Source: the human T2T-CHM13v2.0 reference genome, Homo sapiens | Reading direction: 5' to 3' (one strand) | Length of the DNA stretch: 64,000 nucleotides | Assembly (NCBI RefSeq): GCF_009914755.1 | Contig: NC_060935.1 | Part shown: positions 1 to 15,217 of the stretch, one piece after another | Position numbering within the stretch: the first letter of the stretch is position 1 | How the letters are laid out: the number at the start of each line of letters is the position of its first letter | Made by a program: the position numbers and the translations under genes | Notes under the pieces: generated by a model | The model's input: the letters and a program-made list of their open reading frames with translations, nothing else | What the model was told of the DNA's origin: nothing | Database searches by the model: none

Positions 1-279
1 CAACTATCATAAGCATGTCATTTCAGTACATATCAGTATAAAGTTCAGTTCAGGCTGAATGAATATGGTATAAAATATGCTCAAAGAGAGAGCATGTCTT
101 CCACCTGCCTCCTCTAGACTTCATACAAAACAGATATTTGCCATGATTCCAGAAGATTGGTTCCATTTTTTTATTTCCGTTGTTGGCATTATTTTACTTA
201 GATCTGGCACAGCCACCTATTATTAAGATGTGATTATACTTTCATTTAATAGAATAGTGAATTATAAATACAACCTCAG

Positions 280-602
280 TGTCTTGATTGGTTTGGGATA
301 GTAGAACAAATTACCACATACTGGATGTCTTAAGCAACAAACATTTACTTGTCACAGTTCTGGACGCTGGAAGTCTGAGATCAAAGTGGCAGCATGGTTG
401 GGCTCTGGTGAGGGCCCTCTTTTGGGTTGTATCCTCACATGGTAGAAGGAGGGCTAGCTAGCTCTCTGCTCTCTCCTCCAATTCATGAGGATTCCACTCT
501 TATGACCTAAATACTTCCCAAAGGCCCCACCTCCAAGAACCATTAAGTATTGGAATTTCAACATGTGAATTTTCGGGAAACACAACTGCTTTGTCTATTG
601 CA
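280..602 (-). mobile_element. MLT1A-like MaLR solo LTR
   Basis: cacagttctgga..ctggaagtctgagatcaa, ttcccaaaggccccacctcc and tttcaacatgtgaattt motifs. Confidence 0.75.
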
Positions 603-1504
603 ATTGGTAACAAATGTTTGCCTTACCCCTAATATTTGACTTTCATAGTTTCAAAAATAGCTTTTCTTTCTTTAACACATGTTCATTCTGCAGTACTCTA
701 TCCAGGAAAAGTCTTATAGAGACAATGGGAACACATTCTATGGTGTAATACTTTTCATATTGCTCTTTCCACCATCTCAGTTGGATTTTACTAATTTAAA
801 AAAAAATGGAAGTCAGAGCACGTTTGGCCTCTTCTCTTTTTCCTTATTTCTGCCTTTTCAAATAAACTTCAAGGAACTCTTAGTGATGGAATAATTGTTG
901 TTCCCTTAACTTAGATTTAAAAAATCTTTATCACAATTAATTTCTTTGTTTCTCTTCCTAAGAAGTACATTAAAAACATTCTCTTGCTGGATTGTAAGTG
1001 ACCTTCCTTTGTATGAATTAGAGCTTAGGTCTTTGGGCTGTGTGCCACAAGTGTTGCTCTGTCCCAAGGGAGATTTTGAAGAGGATGTTTTCTTGACTCA
1101 GATCATTTTTAAAAAAACTATATTCATTTTTTAATTACCTGGTAGGAATGCATGTAAAAGAAGAGTTCTACTATATCCAAGGAAAAAATGAAAAAGGGGG
1201 GGAAAACATGGAACATATGCAGTTACTATCCCTTTTAATTGGTGTTTTTCCTGAAGTTTCTTCTTTATAATGTTTTTCAAAAAAATATGATTATTGCATT
1301 GTGATCGTGGAAAGTCTTAGAAAATACCATGGAAATTCTCATGATTTACCAATAAAAATATTTTAAAATATGCAGCATTTTCCAAAGTGTGTCAAAGTAT
1401 TAGTAGTTCAACAGGATCTTAAAAGAAGAATATACTGTGACCAAATTTGTTTCTGAACTTCTGAGTTAATAAATAAGAATATTTACTGAAAATATTTTTA
1501 GAGA

Positions 1505-1670
1505 AGTGGCTCTCAGTCTTTAGAGCACCTTAAAATGACCTGGGAAGTAATAAAAATGAAGATTTCTGGAACCTGCTCCCAGAGATTCTGGCATATTAGC
1601 TTTGGAATGGGATTGGGTATATAAATTTTTAGCAAGCATTCCAAATGTTTGTGATGTCCATGGTAAGGAA
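1505..1670. mobile_element. MER5-like hAT-Charlie relic (similar copies at about 10625-10770, 34400-34565 and 37160-37300)
   Basis: cccagagattctg and ttttaacaag..ccaggtgatt-type motifs. Confidence 0.55.
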
Positions 1671-2725
1671 ATCTTGTCTTGGATATTTTAATATTTTAAT
1701 AGTCTTTATATATTTTATAAATTTCAAGAGGCAGTTATAAATTGTATAGCCTTTTCCTAATTACCATGTAATACTGGTGTTCTTGAGAAAAGAGTTTGAG
1801 AACTGCTTGGAGTTCTTTTGGAAGATCTTCCCAGACCAGTTTAAATAATGGATGTAACATTAACTAACTCCTTAGGAACTACTTGTCATTTATTTACAAT
1901 GTACACTGGAAATTTGGGATAGCAGCCAACTCATAATAAAGGAATGCTATTCAAGCATAAACTAAGTGGCAAATTATTTTCGTGATGGCCAATCTAGTCT
2001 CCAATTGACAATTGTTAGCATATTCAAGAACAAATACTGCCTTAAAATTAAATTATATAAAATAATAACCTAAATAGGAAACATATGTAACTCTTTTTAG
2101 GATAATATTTTTTAAAAATTTATGCATTCAAAATTTTACTCATACAGAGCAGTTCCATATTTATTCAACTTTGAAACCTACCTGTCATATTTAACGAAGT
2201 TACAAGATTTGTTAGCTATAATCTTTCTGCAAGTTCTTTTCTTCCTCCTTCTGTCATAAACATGAATCTTGAGCATTTTATCTAAATTTTCTGCTTGGAT
2301 GTATGTGTAAAATTTTAATTTGCCTACATTTTTCTAGCCACTACTTTCTTGACTTTTCTTTAAAGTAAATATGACCTACATGTTGGACTTGATGTTTCAA
2401 GTCTAACCAGGACAATTTCAAAGGTTTATAATAGTCTACATTTTCTAGTTTTTGTCATATCAGGAAGGACTCAGCCTGTGTCTTCTGCATTCCAGACATG
2501 TCAGATCCTTTTAGCATTTTTCTTGCGATCCAAAGCTGATTCCTATTCATGCTTACCTCTCACACATAAGAGAGTTCAGCACATTTTAAGACAATTCAGT
2601 CATCCTGCGGCTTCTCAGATGGAGTACCCAGATAGGGCCAACCTCACATTTTTTGTCAAGCTCTTTCTCCCACAAATATTTTAAACAAAGCAAATTTGGG
2701 GCTATATTTGTAAAACATTAAGAGC

Positions 2726-3165
<440 letters not shown>

Positions 3166-3762
3166 TCAGGATTTCACTCATTTAACTGTCCTCCTCACTT
3201 AGTCCCACAGGCATCTCCACATGTAGCCATTGACTGTGTTGGACTCTGGCTGGAAACAGTGGTTGAGACAATCATTTACTTATAATATGAAGTGATTGTT
3301 GTAATAGGTAGATAGATGACTGCAGCCTTGACACAAGGTATAAAATAGCAGAACCTTTCAAATGAAAAATTAAGGGAAAAATAAAGCACCGTACATGAAC
3401 AGTAGGCAGTTACTAAATTACAGGATGGAAGATTATAGGTAGAAAAGGATTTGGCCCTGCACGTTCATTTATACAGAAGAATTAAGGAGAATTACAGGTT
3501 GTTGTTTGCTTCCTGGATCAAAGATATGCAGTATATTGAAAATATAAAAACAAAATTTCCCCCACCCAGAAAACCTCTCCACAAAGATAGAAAAGGAAGA
3601 AAACCATTTCGTTATTGAATAAATATTAAACTAGAATGTGATGCATATCGTAGTCAATTCACTAAAATTTATAAAGACAGAGGGAAATCTCATTTTTTTA
3701 AATATAGCCAAACAAATACAACCTATTGCAAGCGTGTTCTCAAAATAAACAATAAGTAGCCC

Positions 3763-4115
3763 TATATTAGTCCGTTTTCATACTGCCATAAAGAACTTCC
3801 ATGAGACTCGGTAATTTATAAACGGAAATGGTTTAATTGACTCACAATTCTGCATGGCTGGAAAGGCCTTGGAAAGCTTAACAATCATGGTGGAAGGGGA
3901 AGCAAGCACCTTTTCCACAAGGTGGCAGTAGAGAAGAAATGAAGAAGGAACTTCCAAACACTTATAAAACCCTCAGATCTCGTGAGAACTCACTCACTAT
4001 CATGAGAACAGCTTGGGGGAAACCGCTCCCATGATCCAATCACCTCCCTCCTCAACACCTGGGGATTACACTTCGAGATGAGATTTGGGTGGAAACACAA
4101 AGCCAAACCGTATCA
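3763..4115 (-). mobile_element. THE1/MST MaLR solo LTR
   Basis: tatattagtcc...gccaaaccgtatca termini; tcagatctcgtgagaactcactcactatcatgagaacagc core. Confidence 0.9.
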
Positions 4116-5190
4116 TCACTCATAGTTCATCATAGATTCACCTGGTAATTGGGCTGTTAATTAGCTTCATACGGAAGAGAAATAAAACCTCTCATATCTT
4201 TTTGACAGGAGGTAGTTCTGCAACTTGGCGCAAGGCATCCGCCAAAGTTAAGCTCCTACCTCTCACAGAAATGGACAGGGGACTGCTACCTCCCCTCATG
4301 TTTACATTTTAAAAAGACGGCTCCTAAATCCTGACAAAAGGCCCATCGCATTTTCTAAAGAATTCATATACATTTCAAAGAGAGGAGAAAGTACTTATAA
4401 TGGCAAGTTTTCTTAAGTTAATGCTCTCAGAAGAGAAAGGGAGGAGAAGTCTCTTTCGTTTTCAACAGGGAGAATTAAGTCTATTATTTTTCATTTTTAT
4501 TTGTTCTTACCATATAAGTGTTCTAAAAAGTATTTATATTCATTTTGTATGACTTTCTCCATTTTCTTTATTTCTCCAAAAGCATTTTCTCAAAGTTTTT
4601 TAATTGTTTAAGAGAAATATTCAGACTACCATCAATAAAGACAGAGAGTAGTGTTTAGTTCAAATGCCAACCAACCCTCTCCATATTATTTTATAATATT
4701 CCTAACCATATCCACTCCTGACAATTACAGTTGTAAACATTATCTCCTTTTAATGATGTCCCTGGATTTATTTGATGCTGGAAATTATTTTATACCAATT
4801 TCCATATTTGTAGCTTTTTTGAAAAAAATACTGTATTTAGTAAGTGTTTATGAAATGAAAAATACTCTCTGGCACTGAAAGAGTTAAATGCAACTGTGAA
4901 TTAAACAAAGGCTCATTCATTTATTCATTGACCATCAGTGAAGAGGTATGTTACATCAGGGAAAATAGTGCAAGACAATATATGTACCGGTGGTTCTGAA
5001 GAAAAGATGAGTTTACAGTCCAGTAAGAATTGAGTGAAGTACGCACACAAGCTTTTGTGTATGTTTGAAAAAAATAGAGAAGTATTTAAAGTGTGAGTTT
5101 CGGATAGATATAACAAGTTTCAATGTTCCATATTTGAAGTTAGTGTTGGAATATGGCAGGGACAACTTTAAAATTATTTTCTGGCAATAT

Positions 5191-5267
5191 GACTGCAGTG
5201 AAATATGGTATCTCCAAAAGTTTGCAGTGAAAGGGACTGCAATGAAATATGGTATCTCCAAAAGTTT
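5191..5267. repeat. 33-bp direct duplication with a partial-copy spacer
   Basis: gactgca(g/a)tgaaatatggtatctccaaaagttt at 5191-5223 and 5235-5267. Confidence 0.9.
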
Positions 5268-5519
5268 TCAAGTTTTCTAAGCAGCTAATAACATACTTAG
5301 GGCTAAATATCAGTTGTCCTATTAACCCTGCTTTCTAGGTACCACAGCATAGAGGAGCTTACTGATCCTCTGAAATGAATTTTAGTGATGGGGATAAAGA
5401 GGTATTTCAGAAGAGCGAGAATATCAGATTCCTGAGCTCCAACATGAGCATGTAGAGAAAATTATTTAAGAGATGAATTAATTCTGTCACCTTAATTTTT
5501 AGTTTCTCTAAGAAATGCT

Positions 5520-6122
5520 ATACCTCTACTTAAAACACTCAATATCTTCCCCTTGCTTTTCATCCAAAAACCTCAGCATTAGCTGTTAAGGCCCGTTATC
5601 ATCTGTGCCTTGTTTACCATCCTCCACTCTTTTATCAGGATCCTCAACTTTTAGTGTATACTCCAGCTATTACCAAGTTGGTTGCAGTTATCTAAATCTT
5701 ATAATACTTGGTTTTGTCCCAATGACGACCTCATATGCTGCTACTACCTTTGTCTAGAATGTCATGTGTAACCTCTTTACCCAAAAGACTACTCCCATTC
5801 ATGCTTCAAGATTCAATACAGGTGACATATCCTCTGGGGCAACATCCCTGTGTCCTTTGTCCTCCACCTGTAAAAACTAATTGAGCTCCCTTTCCTGGGT
5901 ATTTCCATTCTTGCATTTTCACATTTTATTTTAACTGATGACTTCTCACCTCAACTATCAAGGAAGCTTCTTGAGGGCACAAACTGACCCTACCTCTTTT
6001 TTCTCTAAAGTTTTAGTGGTTATAACACTCCTTAGCAAATCAGAAGTATTTATTACATACGTATTAAATGGATGTATAGATGGATGGACGGGAAAATGGA
6101 AGGAGGGATGGATGGATGGATG
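5520..6122 (+). mobile_element. Degenerate L2 3' fragment ending in a (GGAT)n-like tail
   Basis: aagcttcttgagggca motif and ggatggatgga tail typical of L2 3' ends. Confidence 0.5.
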
Positions 6123-6457
6123 GCCTTATATAATATGTAAGAAAATAATTCAATTAGTATAAATTGAGTGGCAGAAGACAGACTTTCAATAAATAGAATT
6201 AAAAATAATTCTATTTTTTCAAAAGTGGTCTGTTGATTTATTAGAGTGTCTTTGTTATTAGTGTCTTAGATTCTGAAATTAAAACAATGTAAGGTTGATA
6301 TTCCTCATAGTATGCTGGGTTATTTCAAACATCTTAAGTTTCTTAAGCATACGGAACTTGGAGTATAGAAATGCTCAATATGATTGAATGTTGTCACTCA
6401 CTCGTATCACTTTATTTTCCTGTGGCTTTCCTTAGCTGTTTTCTATTATTTTTTCAG

Positions 6458-6502
6458 GAAAAAATGCTATTACACTGACGGGAGGAGCAAATCAATGGGC
6501 AG
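6458..6502 (+). CDS. ANO3: ANO3 internal coding exon (45 nt, phase 2-2; probably exon 7)
   Basis: ttttcag|G...AG|gttggt; encodes (R)KKCYYTDGRSKSMG(R); joins in frame to the exon at 11846. Confidence 0.9.
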
Positions 6503-9500
6503 GTTGGTGGGTGATGAATCATTTCTTTATAACAAATTTGTCGTTTTGAAAAAAATAAGAAGATATTTGATTCCCCATATCAGCAGTTGTAAATCATAGG
6601 AAGAAAAATTCTATTGATTTGTCAAAGAGATTTCCAAAATAACTTATGCCAAATCGAATAACATTTAAAATCTGATAATCTTTTTGTTACAATTTATCAT
6701 TGCCATTCTTGGAATCTTCCCATGTTATAATGTTATGGAAGGAGGACTTTAATCGCAAGTTCACATGTTATGATATTTTAATTTTAAAAATAGTTATAAG
6801 ACCAGGATCAATGTTTAAATGATGACCCACAGTAACAGAACAATAAACCTGACAAAGACCTTCTGTATCATTCAGTCCAGTTCTCTCATTTGAAAGAAGT
6901 GGCAAAGATTAGTGTTCAGAGAGATGAGGTGCTTTACCAAGGCCATGTACCGTCTTTTGAATTGCAGACCCACTCTCATTCTAACCCCGGAAGGTACCGC
7001 TCTTATCCTAGTATTGAAAACGAACTTTTGAAGAGCTTTACCTCAAAACATTAGCTCTTTACCTATTGTGGTAAGAATAACTATGGAAAAGGAGTCAATC
7101 AAACCACTACCCTGAGACAGAAGAAACTCTTCCATCTGAATCTTTTTGTCACTATTTAACTGGAAGAAATCAGCTCCCATTTAATGAATGCTCAAAGAAA
7201 AAGCTTCTTACCCTTGGCCGTTTTCTGCACCTTGCCAAAGAACCAGTTAACAAAGATAAAGCATGTGAATGTGGTAGAGTATGCTCCATTAAATGATGTT
7301 GAAGGATGTATGTTACAAATCAGAATAACACAAAAGCTAGAACTGTATGGTGTGAATAACAGACCATCTTAGGAAATGATTCAATAAATCTAGTTTCTTT
7401 ACCAAATAAAATTGAATGTAATTTCAAACTTTTAGAAATCAGAATGGGAAAATGTCCATCTGTTTTAAGCATTAATTTTAGGCGTGGCAGTATTGAGTGA
7501 CAAGAAAAGTAAATTATGGAGAAAAAAACTTGAAATTAGAATGAATATTAAAGAAATTAGCACTGAAATAGCTTTTCCTCTTTAAATTAATGATGCTCTT
7601 CAACCGAGTCACATTTTTCTGTCAGGTTAACATATTTTAATTTGGAATGAGCTCTCATTTTCCATGTGGGTATTTGGTCCTGGTCTATGTAGCAAATTTC
7701 CAGTCATTTTTGCTAATAAAATTAGTCATTGGAATATTACAATTTGCAAGTTTACAACTGCAGGTTTTTCTTGTCTTTGCTCTGCATATGCCTGCTTATT
7801 GTTGGATGGCTGATAAAATCTCTTGATTTGCTTCAGTTTGCTACTATAGAATTAGTGAGACTTTGCTACTACATAATTAGGTTTTCTGTTAAACAAGAAT
7901 CTTTCCTTTGGAGACTTGGGAAAGTATATATTCTGTATATTAAAATTGGAACAAATGTCTGTTTATATATAAAGCTATCATGGCAAATGCGTATACTAAA
8001 TCCTAACGAAACATTTTTAATAATGTAAAAAATGTTCTTTTCTCTGTTTTGGTCAAATGTAAAAGTAAACTAGAAAAATGAACACTATTATATGTCATTA
8101 CTTGTTTTATCTTTTGTGTTTCTTATTTTCTGTGTAAGTTCATAAAATGAAAATTCAGTTATCATTTATTCCAAATGATTATTAAAATATCTTGAACCTT
8201 ACTCTAGCCCACCCCTTTTCATTTTACTTATAATAAGTAAATCTCTTTATTCTATGTCTTTGTGGATTCATGTGGGAGAGGTAGGGAATAAATAGAAAAG
8301 AAGTCTATAAAATTATATAACATTAAACTGAAAAAAATTACAAAATTTGGAAACTCAATCTGTAGACAGTTTGAAAAGTGGAAAATTGAAATCAAACGTG
8401 GCCATTTAGTTTCACTTGTGCTTCTCTTTTCTTGAAGTGGGAAAGGTATTTTCCTCACATGCTTAGTTTTGACCGGTACATATTAGGGGATAAATAATGT
8501 ACAGGCAGTTGTCCAGCTTTTGAGGATCATCCCTTCTCCAGCAGGTTGAAAGGATGTTGTTGGTTTTATTATCACTGCAATTTATTTTTTATTCAGAAAG
8601 CATTTTCACATTCAATTATTAAACCATCTTAAAAATGACTCTGCAAGGGAAGCAGAACAGAGAGTAGCCAGTTTTGCAGATAGGAAAACAAAAAAGACCT
8701 CCCTTATCATCCCCACCCACACACCCCATGCCCTGCTTTCACAGCTGTTTTGGCAGAGTTTGTGCTTCAGTCAAGTTCCTTTGACCCTTTAATCCAGACT
8801 TATTTTCAATTTTCATAGAATTATCTTAGGTTTTCCTGGATTGTAGCAAATAAACCTAAAGCTCTATTTTTGCATTGTGCTGTGATATCTTGGATTTGCA
8901 AGACGTCCAACACAATAAAGGTTTAGTAGAGTGTAGATAATGTATTAGATTACACTGGTGGCATGGTGATGGTACTTTTAGTAGTATAAATCATATATCA
9001 TTATAAACACGTATTGAGTACTTACTATGTTCTGTGCCCCGTGGTGTCAGACAATATTTATTTAATTCTCAAAATATTTCTTTTCAATTAAGAGAAGCAA
9101 AACTTAGTGAGGGCCCAAGAAATTAATAAGCTAGATCCTTGCATTGTGGTATTCAAATTTAGGCCAACCATATTTCACTATTAGACTCCATTTACCCCTT
9201 CCTTCACAGGAAGTGTATGTGAAAACCTAAAGTGATAATATTGTTTGTTTTCTGTTAACATCACAAATGATGGTCTGAAAACCCTTTTATTCTATTTCTT
9301 TTAAAACTATTTAAAATTCACATTTATACTTTGTTTATGATGTAGTCAGAGCTACTAGAGCCTTGGGTGCTGTAGCCTGTCAGCATTTTCTAAGTGTAAT
9401 TAGAATGCTTCCTTTTATTTGATCCTGCTAGCCTCCTAATGAAGGAGAACAAATGGAATTACTCTCTGTCTTTAGAAATGAGAACCTGAAGCTCAAAGAT

Positions 9501-9904
9501 TAGAAATGTTTAGCCCAATTTCAGTGACCAGCAAATTCAGCACTAGAACACTCATGTTCCAACTCCTACCCCATTGTTTTTTATCAACTATGCTAAATTT
9601 AAAAAGCTTGAGTAATTTCTGTGCAGTCTATTCAATGTTTTCTACATGTCTATACATCAACCTCTCCAATGAGGTGATATTTTATTATTTTAAAGGCTGT
9701 CTTTGTAATGAGAAGAAGCAAAGTAAACACCTCAAATACTATGTATTTATTATTTTAGGCTAGAAAAAAATGTTTTGGTTCTTCCAAAACCAAAAATGAT
9801 TTGATAAGTAAGTGATAACCTTACTTGGCAAAGGAAAAATCCAGACTTTCACATACCAAGTCTTGCATTAGGATTTGATTATTATTTCAAATTATACATG
9901 GCAA

Positions 9905-10137
9905 TTATAATTTCTATATTATATATATTATATATATATATTATATTATCTTATATATTTTATATATATATTTTATATATATATTATATTATATATTATA
10001 TAATATATTATATAATATATTATATAATATATAATAATATATTATATAATATATATTATATTATTATATAATATATATTATATATTATATAATATCATAT
10101 ATAATATATATGATATTATATAATAATCATATATTAC
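9905..10137. repeat. (TA)-rich low-complexity tract
   Basis: ~230 bp almost entirely A/T, built from tatat/ataat units. Confidence 0.95.
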
Positions 10138-11092
10138 CATAATAGAGTTGAATGAAATAATTCCTGAGATACAATACTTGCTGCCTGCCCACTGCTATAC
10201 TAATTTTTTTTCTGAAGTTCAAGCAGAGTTGGCCAAAGAAATATTGAGGTGTGTTATATTTAACACTCCTCTAGGAAAATATTCTATCCTGCTATTTGGA
10301 CTTACTATTGCAGAAGAAGCCAAAAATTTCCCCAGATAGAAACCCATAGTGTGTAAATATTGCAAATGTGTTATTAAACACAGCTATTATTATAGTAACT
10401 CTGAATTTAGACTTTCAGAGTCCATCTCTGGAGTCAATAGCTTTCTTCTGTTTCTATTTTCTTTGTAAAATAAATCTGATTTCAATCAGTATATATACCA
10501 TAATAGAACTAGTTTATGAATGTAATCTAAAGCTGGAGCCAAAGTATCCTGATGTCAGATTTCCCAAACAGTGTCCAAATGGTATATGCCAGGTGTCTAT
10601 GCTAAACCCGTTACTCAAAGTATAGTCAGTGGTTAGCAATATGAGTGTCCCTTAGCAGCTATGTAGAAATGTGGAATCTCAGTCCCTATCCCAGGCCTAT
10701 GAATTAGTATCTGCATTTTAACAAGATAATCAAGGTATTCCTATGCCCGTGAGAATCTTAAAAGTCCTGCAAAGGCTTTTTGCCTCAGCGTTCCACATTG
10801 TTAATTACCAAGTCTAGAATAAAATACCAATTTACAACTCTCCAGCAAAGTCAGCATTACTTTTATTTTATGTGTGAGGAAACCAAGGCAAGAAGTTAAA
10901 TAACTTGTACAAGTTTACGTGGCTAGCACAGTGCAATAAATTATAACTCAGTTTTGCTTGACTTTAAAATTTTGCTGTCTACCACACTTATGACTTCCAG
11001 TGCCACTAAATGTGTCACAGTCATTTATTTATTTTCAGTTTCCACTTTTCTAGAGCCACAAAGCTGTTTGTTTTAAAAAAAGCAGGGATTAA

Positions 11093-11113
11093 TATCTATC
11101 ATCTATCTGTCTG

Positions 11114-11152
<39 letters not shown>
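11093..11152. repeat. (TCTA)n/(TCTG)n tetranucleotide STR
   Basis: direct reading. Confidence 0.95.
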
Positions 11153-11153
<1 letters not shown>

Positions 11154-11219
11154 CATGTATACACACACCATTTTAATAAATATATTTTGCGCTTAAAAAA
11201 AAAAAAAAACTCTCTTTCT

Positions 11220-11601
<382 letters not shown>

Positions 11602-11834
11602 TTATTTTTTCATGAGGATAACATAGTTGTCCTGGAAGAGTTTAAACAACTGCAAGATTTGGTTTGTTTTGCTATTTTCTTCTTTTGTGTGGGAACAGAA
11701 GCAATGCACGTGTATGTGTGGTGTGTGTAGGTTTGTGTATCTCTTTTCAAAGAAGTTTCTTTAGTACTTAAGAGAATTGTAGTGGAAGGAAGTCACGGCT
11801 TTGGAATACAACCTAATCTAGTTCTCAAATGTGA

Positions 11835-11978
<144 letters not shown>

Positions 11979-13059
11979 TGAGTTCCCCTCTTTTTTCATA
12001 CTGCCTACCTTTATATCTTGGTGGGGCTTGTTTATAGAATAAAAACACCTGGGACCATTTCCATTGTTTACCAAATACGTCAGAGAACTTATCATTGTAT
12101 TAAAATACACACTTAACTTATAAACAACACTAAGTGAATGTTATTAATTCGCTATCAATTTGATGATTTAGAGACATTCAGTAGTGAATAATTAATTGTA
12201 GACCTATGGACTGGTAGTCTAGTTTCTAACACTTTAAAAATAATTACTGTAGTAGTGACTCAGTTAAAATAACAATAATGTTAATAATAATAGGATTACT
12301 GTTAATTAGCATGTTTGAGTAATAGATTGCTGTAATAAATAAATAAATTATAATTATAATTGCTTCAATTAACATATATTTATTAATTAAGCTATCTATT
12401 TTAGTTCAATCTTATTAAACTAAAATGAATGATAATTTTTAAAGAGATTTGTTTCATTACTGTCTCCATCTACCTACCTACATACATACCTGTTTATTTA
12501 TTCATGTTTTCATTCAACTAGTATTTATTGTGTTTCTACATCACACAGGTTGTGTATATAAAGGAACTTATGACACAGTTTCTATCTTCAAGGTACGCCC
12601 AGTCTAATGGGGCAGACAAAAATGTAAATTTATAATTAACTGGGGTAAACATAAAGATAGGAAAAGGCGTGATGTATTGAAGGACTATAGCTATAGGGCC
12701 TACGTTGCTATAGGCCATTGTGAATTGAGCTATATTCTGGGATGCAGGAAGTTGAAAGGGTGGATGAAACAGATTTCCAGACCACCAAACATGTAACATA
12801 GCCATCAATCAATGGGAAACCCTCCTTTTCCCCATAGCCTATTTATCTCATTACTTATTCTTGGAGGTGTAACTAGAAGCATGCTTTCTAATTCCAGTGA
12901 TATTGTAGTGGCAGAAGGAATAAAATTCCAAATGACTGTTGGCTTTAGAGAGAGGTGAGAGTTTCACGGAAGCTTTTTCAGCTTTTTGCTGCACTTTTTC
13001 AGGACCTTTAAGGATCTGTGATACACCAAATGAAAAACATTCTACTCTTTTTTTTTAAA

Positions 13060-13640
13060 CCCTGAAACCAGAGTAATCTTTGGAAAATATCAGCCACATC
13101 ATACAACCACCTTTCTTAAGACTCTGAAACAGTTTCCCATTTGTACTTCCAATAAAATTCAAATTTCTTATTATTTACTATGTGGGCATAGATGCCATAG
13201 TTACTGCCCAGCACTATCACCCCATCTTCTGCATTTTTTTTCACCTTTTACTCACTCCAGCCATACAAGCCTTGGTTCTATCTGTTGAAAGCTCAAGCTT
13301 AGTCCCAACTCAGTCTTTCTTCTTGCTGTTCTCATTGTTTGCCATGCTCTGCCCCAAATCTTCATATGGCGTAGTCCTTCCTGTCATTCAGCTCCTACTC
13401 AAACACCACCACCTCCGAGAGACTGGCTCTGAAAATGTGACCTAAAGTGCCCTTGTCCCAGTCATTTTCTATCCCAGTATACAGTTTTCATTTTTCTTCA
13501 TAGAAATTATCTGAAATTATGTTATTTACTTTTTACTTATGCATCAGCTATTTCATCTCTCTATAATGTAACTCCATGAAAAATTGAATTGATCTGCTTA
13601 AAAATTACTTGTTGAGGGAATGCTGAATCAATTTAATGGG
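13060..13640 (+). mobile_element. Degenerate L2 fragment
   Basis: cactccagccatac..gcctt and ttttcttcatag..attatc..tataatgtaactccatga motifs. Confidence 0.55.
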
Positions 13641-13990
13641 GAAAGAGGCAGGTGGACATTCCTTCTCCTACCTACAATTAACAGGACTCTGAATTTGGTA
13701 CATCCAAGTACAGAGATAAGAATACTGGAGGAATTCAGAGTCTAACAAAATAGACACATGTGCATATTAACTTAAATGATGCAGAGTAAAATCAATGTAT
13801 TAAGAAAGACAGAAATAAAATGCACGTTTTGTAAGAGAGAGAACAGCACATCCAAAGGGCAGGATCTGGGATGCCTTTTCAAAGGAAATAGCTCTTTTTG
13901 TCGGGTAAAAATATGTAGTGGCATGGGGAGAGAAGAAGAAACAGAGCAAAATCTAAAGAAAAAGAAGCATGGGATTTTAAGGTGATGATA

Positions 13991-14051
13991 TTATGTTGGT
14001 ACAACATTACTTTTAATGGCAAAAACTGCAATTGTATTTGCACCAACCTAA
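13991..14051. mobile_element. MADE1 (Hsmar1 MITE) with an internal ~19-bp deletion
   Basis: tta(t)gttggt...cattacttttaatggcaaaaactgcaatt...tgcaccaacctaa, flanked by TA on both sides. Confidence 0.88.
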
Positions 14052-15067
14052 TAATTATACAAATTGACAGATGATTGGATAAATGAAGGCAGAGCTGTTA
14101 GACATATAAAACTGAAGACATAAGACTGAAGAGTAGGTTGGAATGCGAGTACCGAGAGCCTTGGAGGAAAATAAGAAATTTAATGATGCTTGTAGAGGAA
14201 AGCTGTTGGCACACTAAAAGTAAGGGAGTGCTCTAAAAATCAGAGCTGTGCATTAAAGGTCAGATGGGAAAATGCAAGGCAAGTTAGGAGGATGTTCTAC
14301 TCATAATCTAGGCAAGAGGCAATGAGACCCAGAACAAAAAGCTGGAGAGAGACAGTTTAGTCAGAAAAGTTACACCGTTTGCCATCTGTCTGAATATGAG
14401 CAGTGTAGATGAAGCAACTATCCTAGAAGACCTTCTAATTCAGGACTACGTGCTTGACACAATGGTGATTTATCACTCACATAGATAGAGTAACTAGAAA
14501 CAGAAAACGTCAGAAGTTGAGCAAGACCCAGGACACTTCCATTTTTTCGAGATTCCCAGCATACTATAAAGTAAATACTGAAACAGACCCTTCCACTCCT
14601 CTTGAGCTCATGCTTTTGCTCTTACATCATTGACTCTCAAATGGTTCTTCATTGCTACTTTTCCCATGGGGACAATAATAGAGCATCAAGGGAAAGGTAG
14701 GATGATTTTTCATTGTTAAGGCTCTGAAAACAAGATAAGCTGCATTGGAAAGCATGGTATGGGGGATAACATGAATTTTTGATGTGTTCTATTTGGAAAT
14801 ACATTGCTTAAGGTAGTATAAAATGTATGGGAGCCAATGGGCTATCTATTCTCTCCTTGTTCCATGTGAAATAAGAAATAGGAACACTTATAAACTGAAA
14901 GAAGATAACAAAGTGAACATTTGATAATGCCTTGTATTATTTATGAATTCTTTTTCTCTGTCAATTTTTTTTTAAAGAGGATGATTTCCCTTCTGATTTA
15001 CTATGCTTCATATGCATTAGCTTTAATGGAACTTGTAACTATTGCTGGATTCTGTGTTCTGCTTTGA

Positions 15068-15217
<150 letters not shown>

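Noticed and set aside
5191-5267. Repeat-spacer-repeat pattern resembling a CRISPR array
   Set aside because: Only two copies, the spacer derives from the repeat itself, there are no cas genes, and it lies in a human intron.
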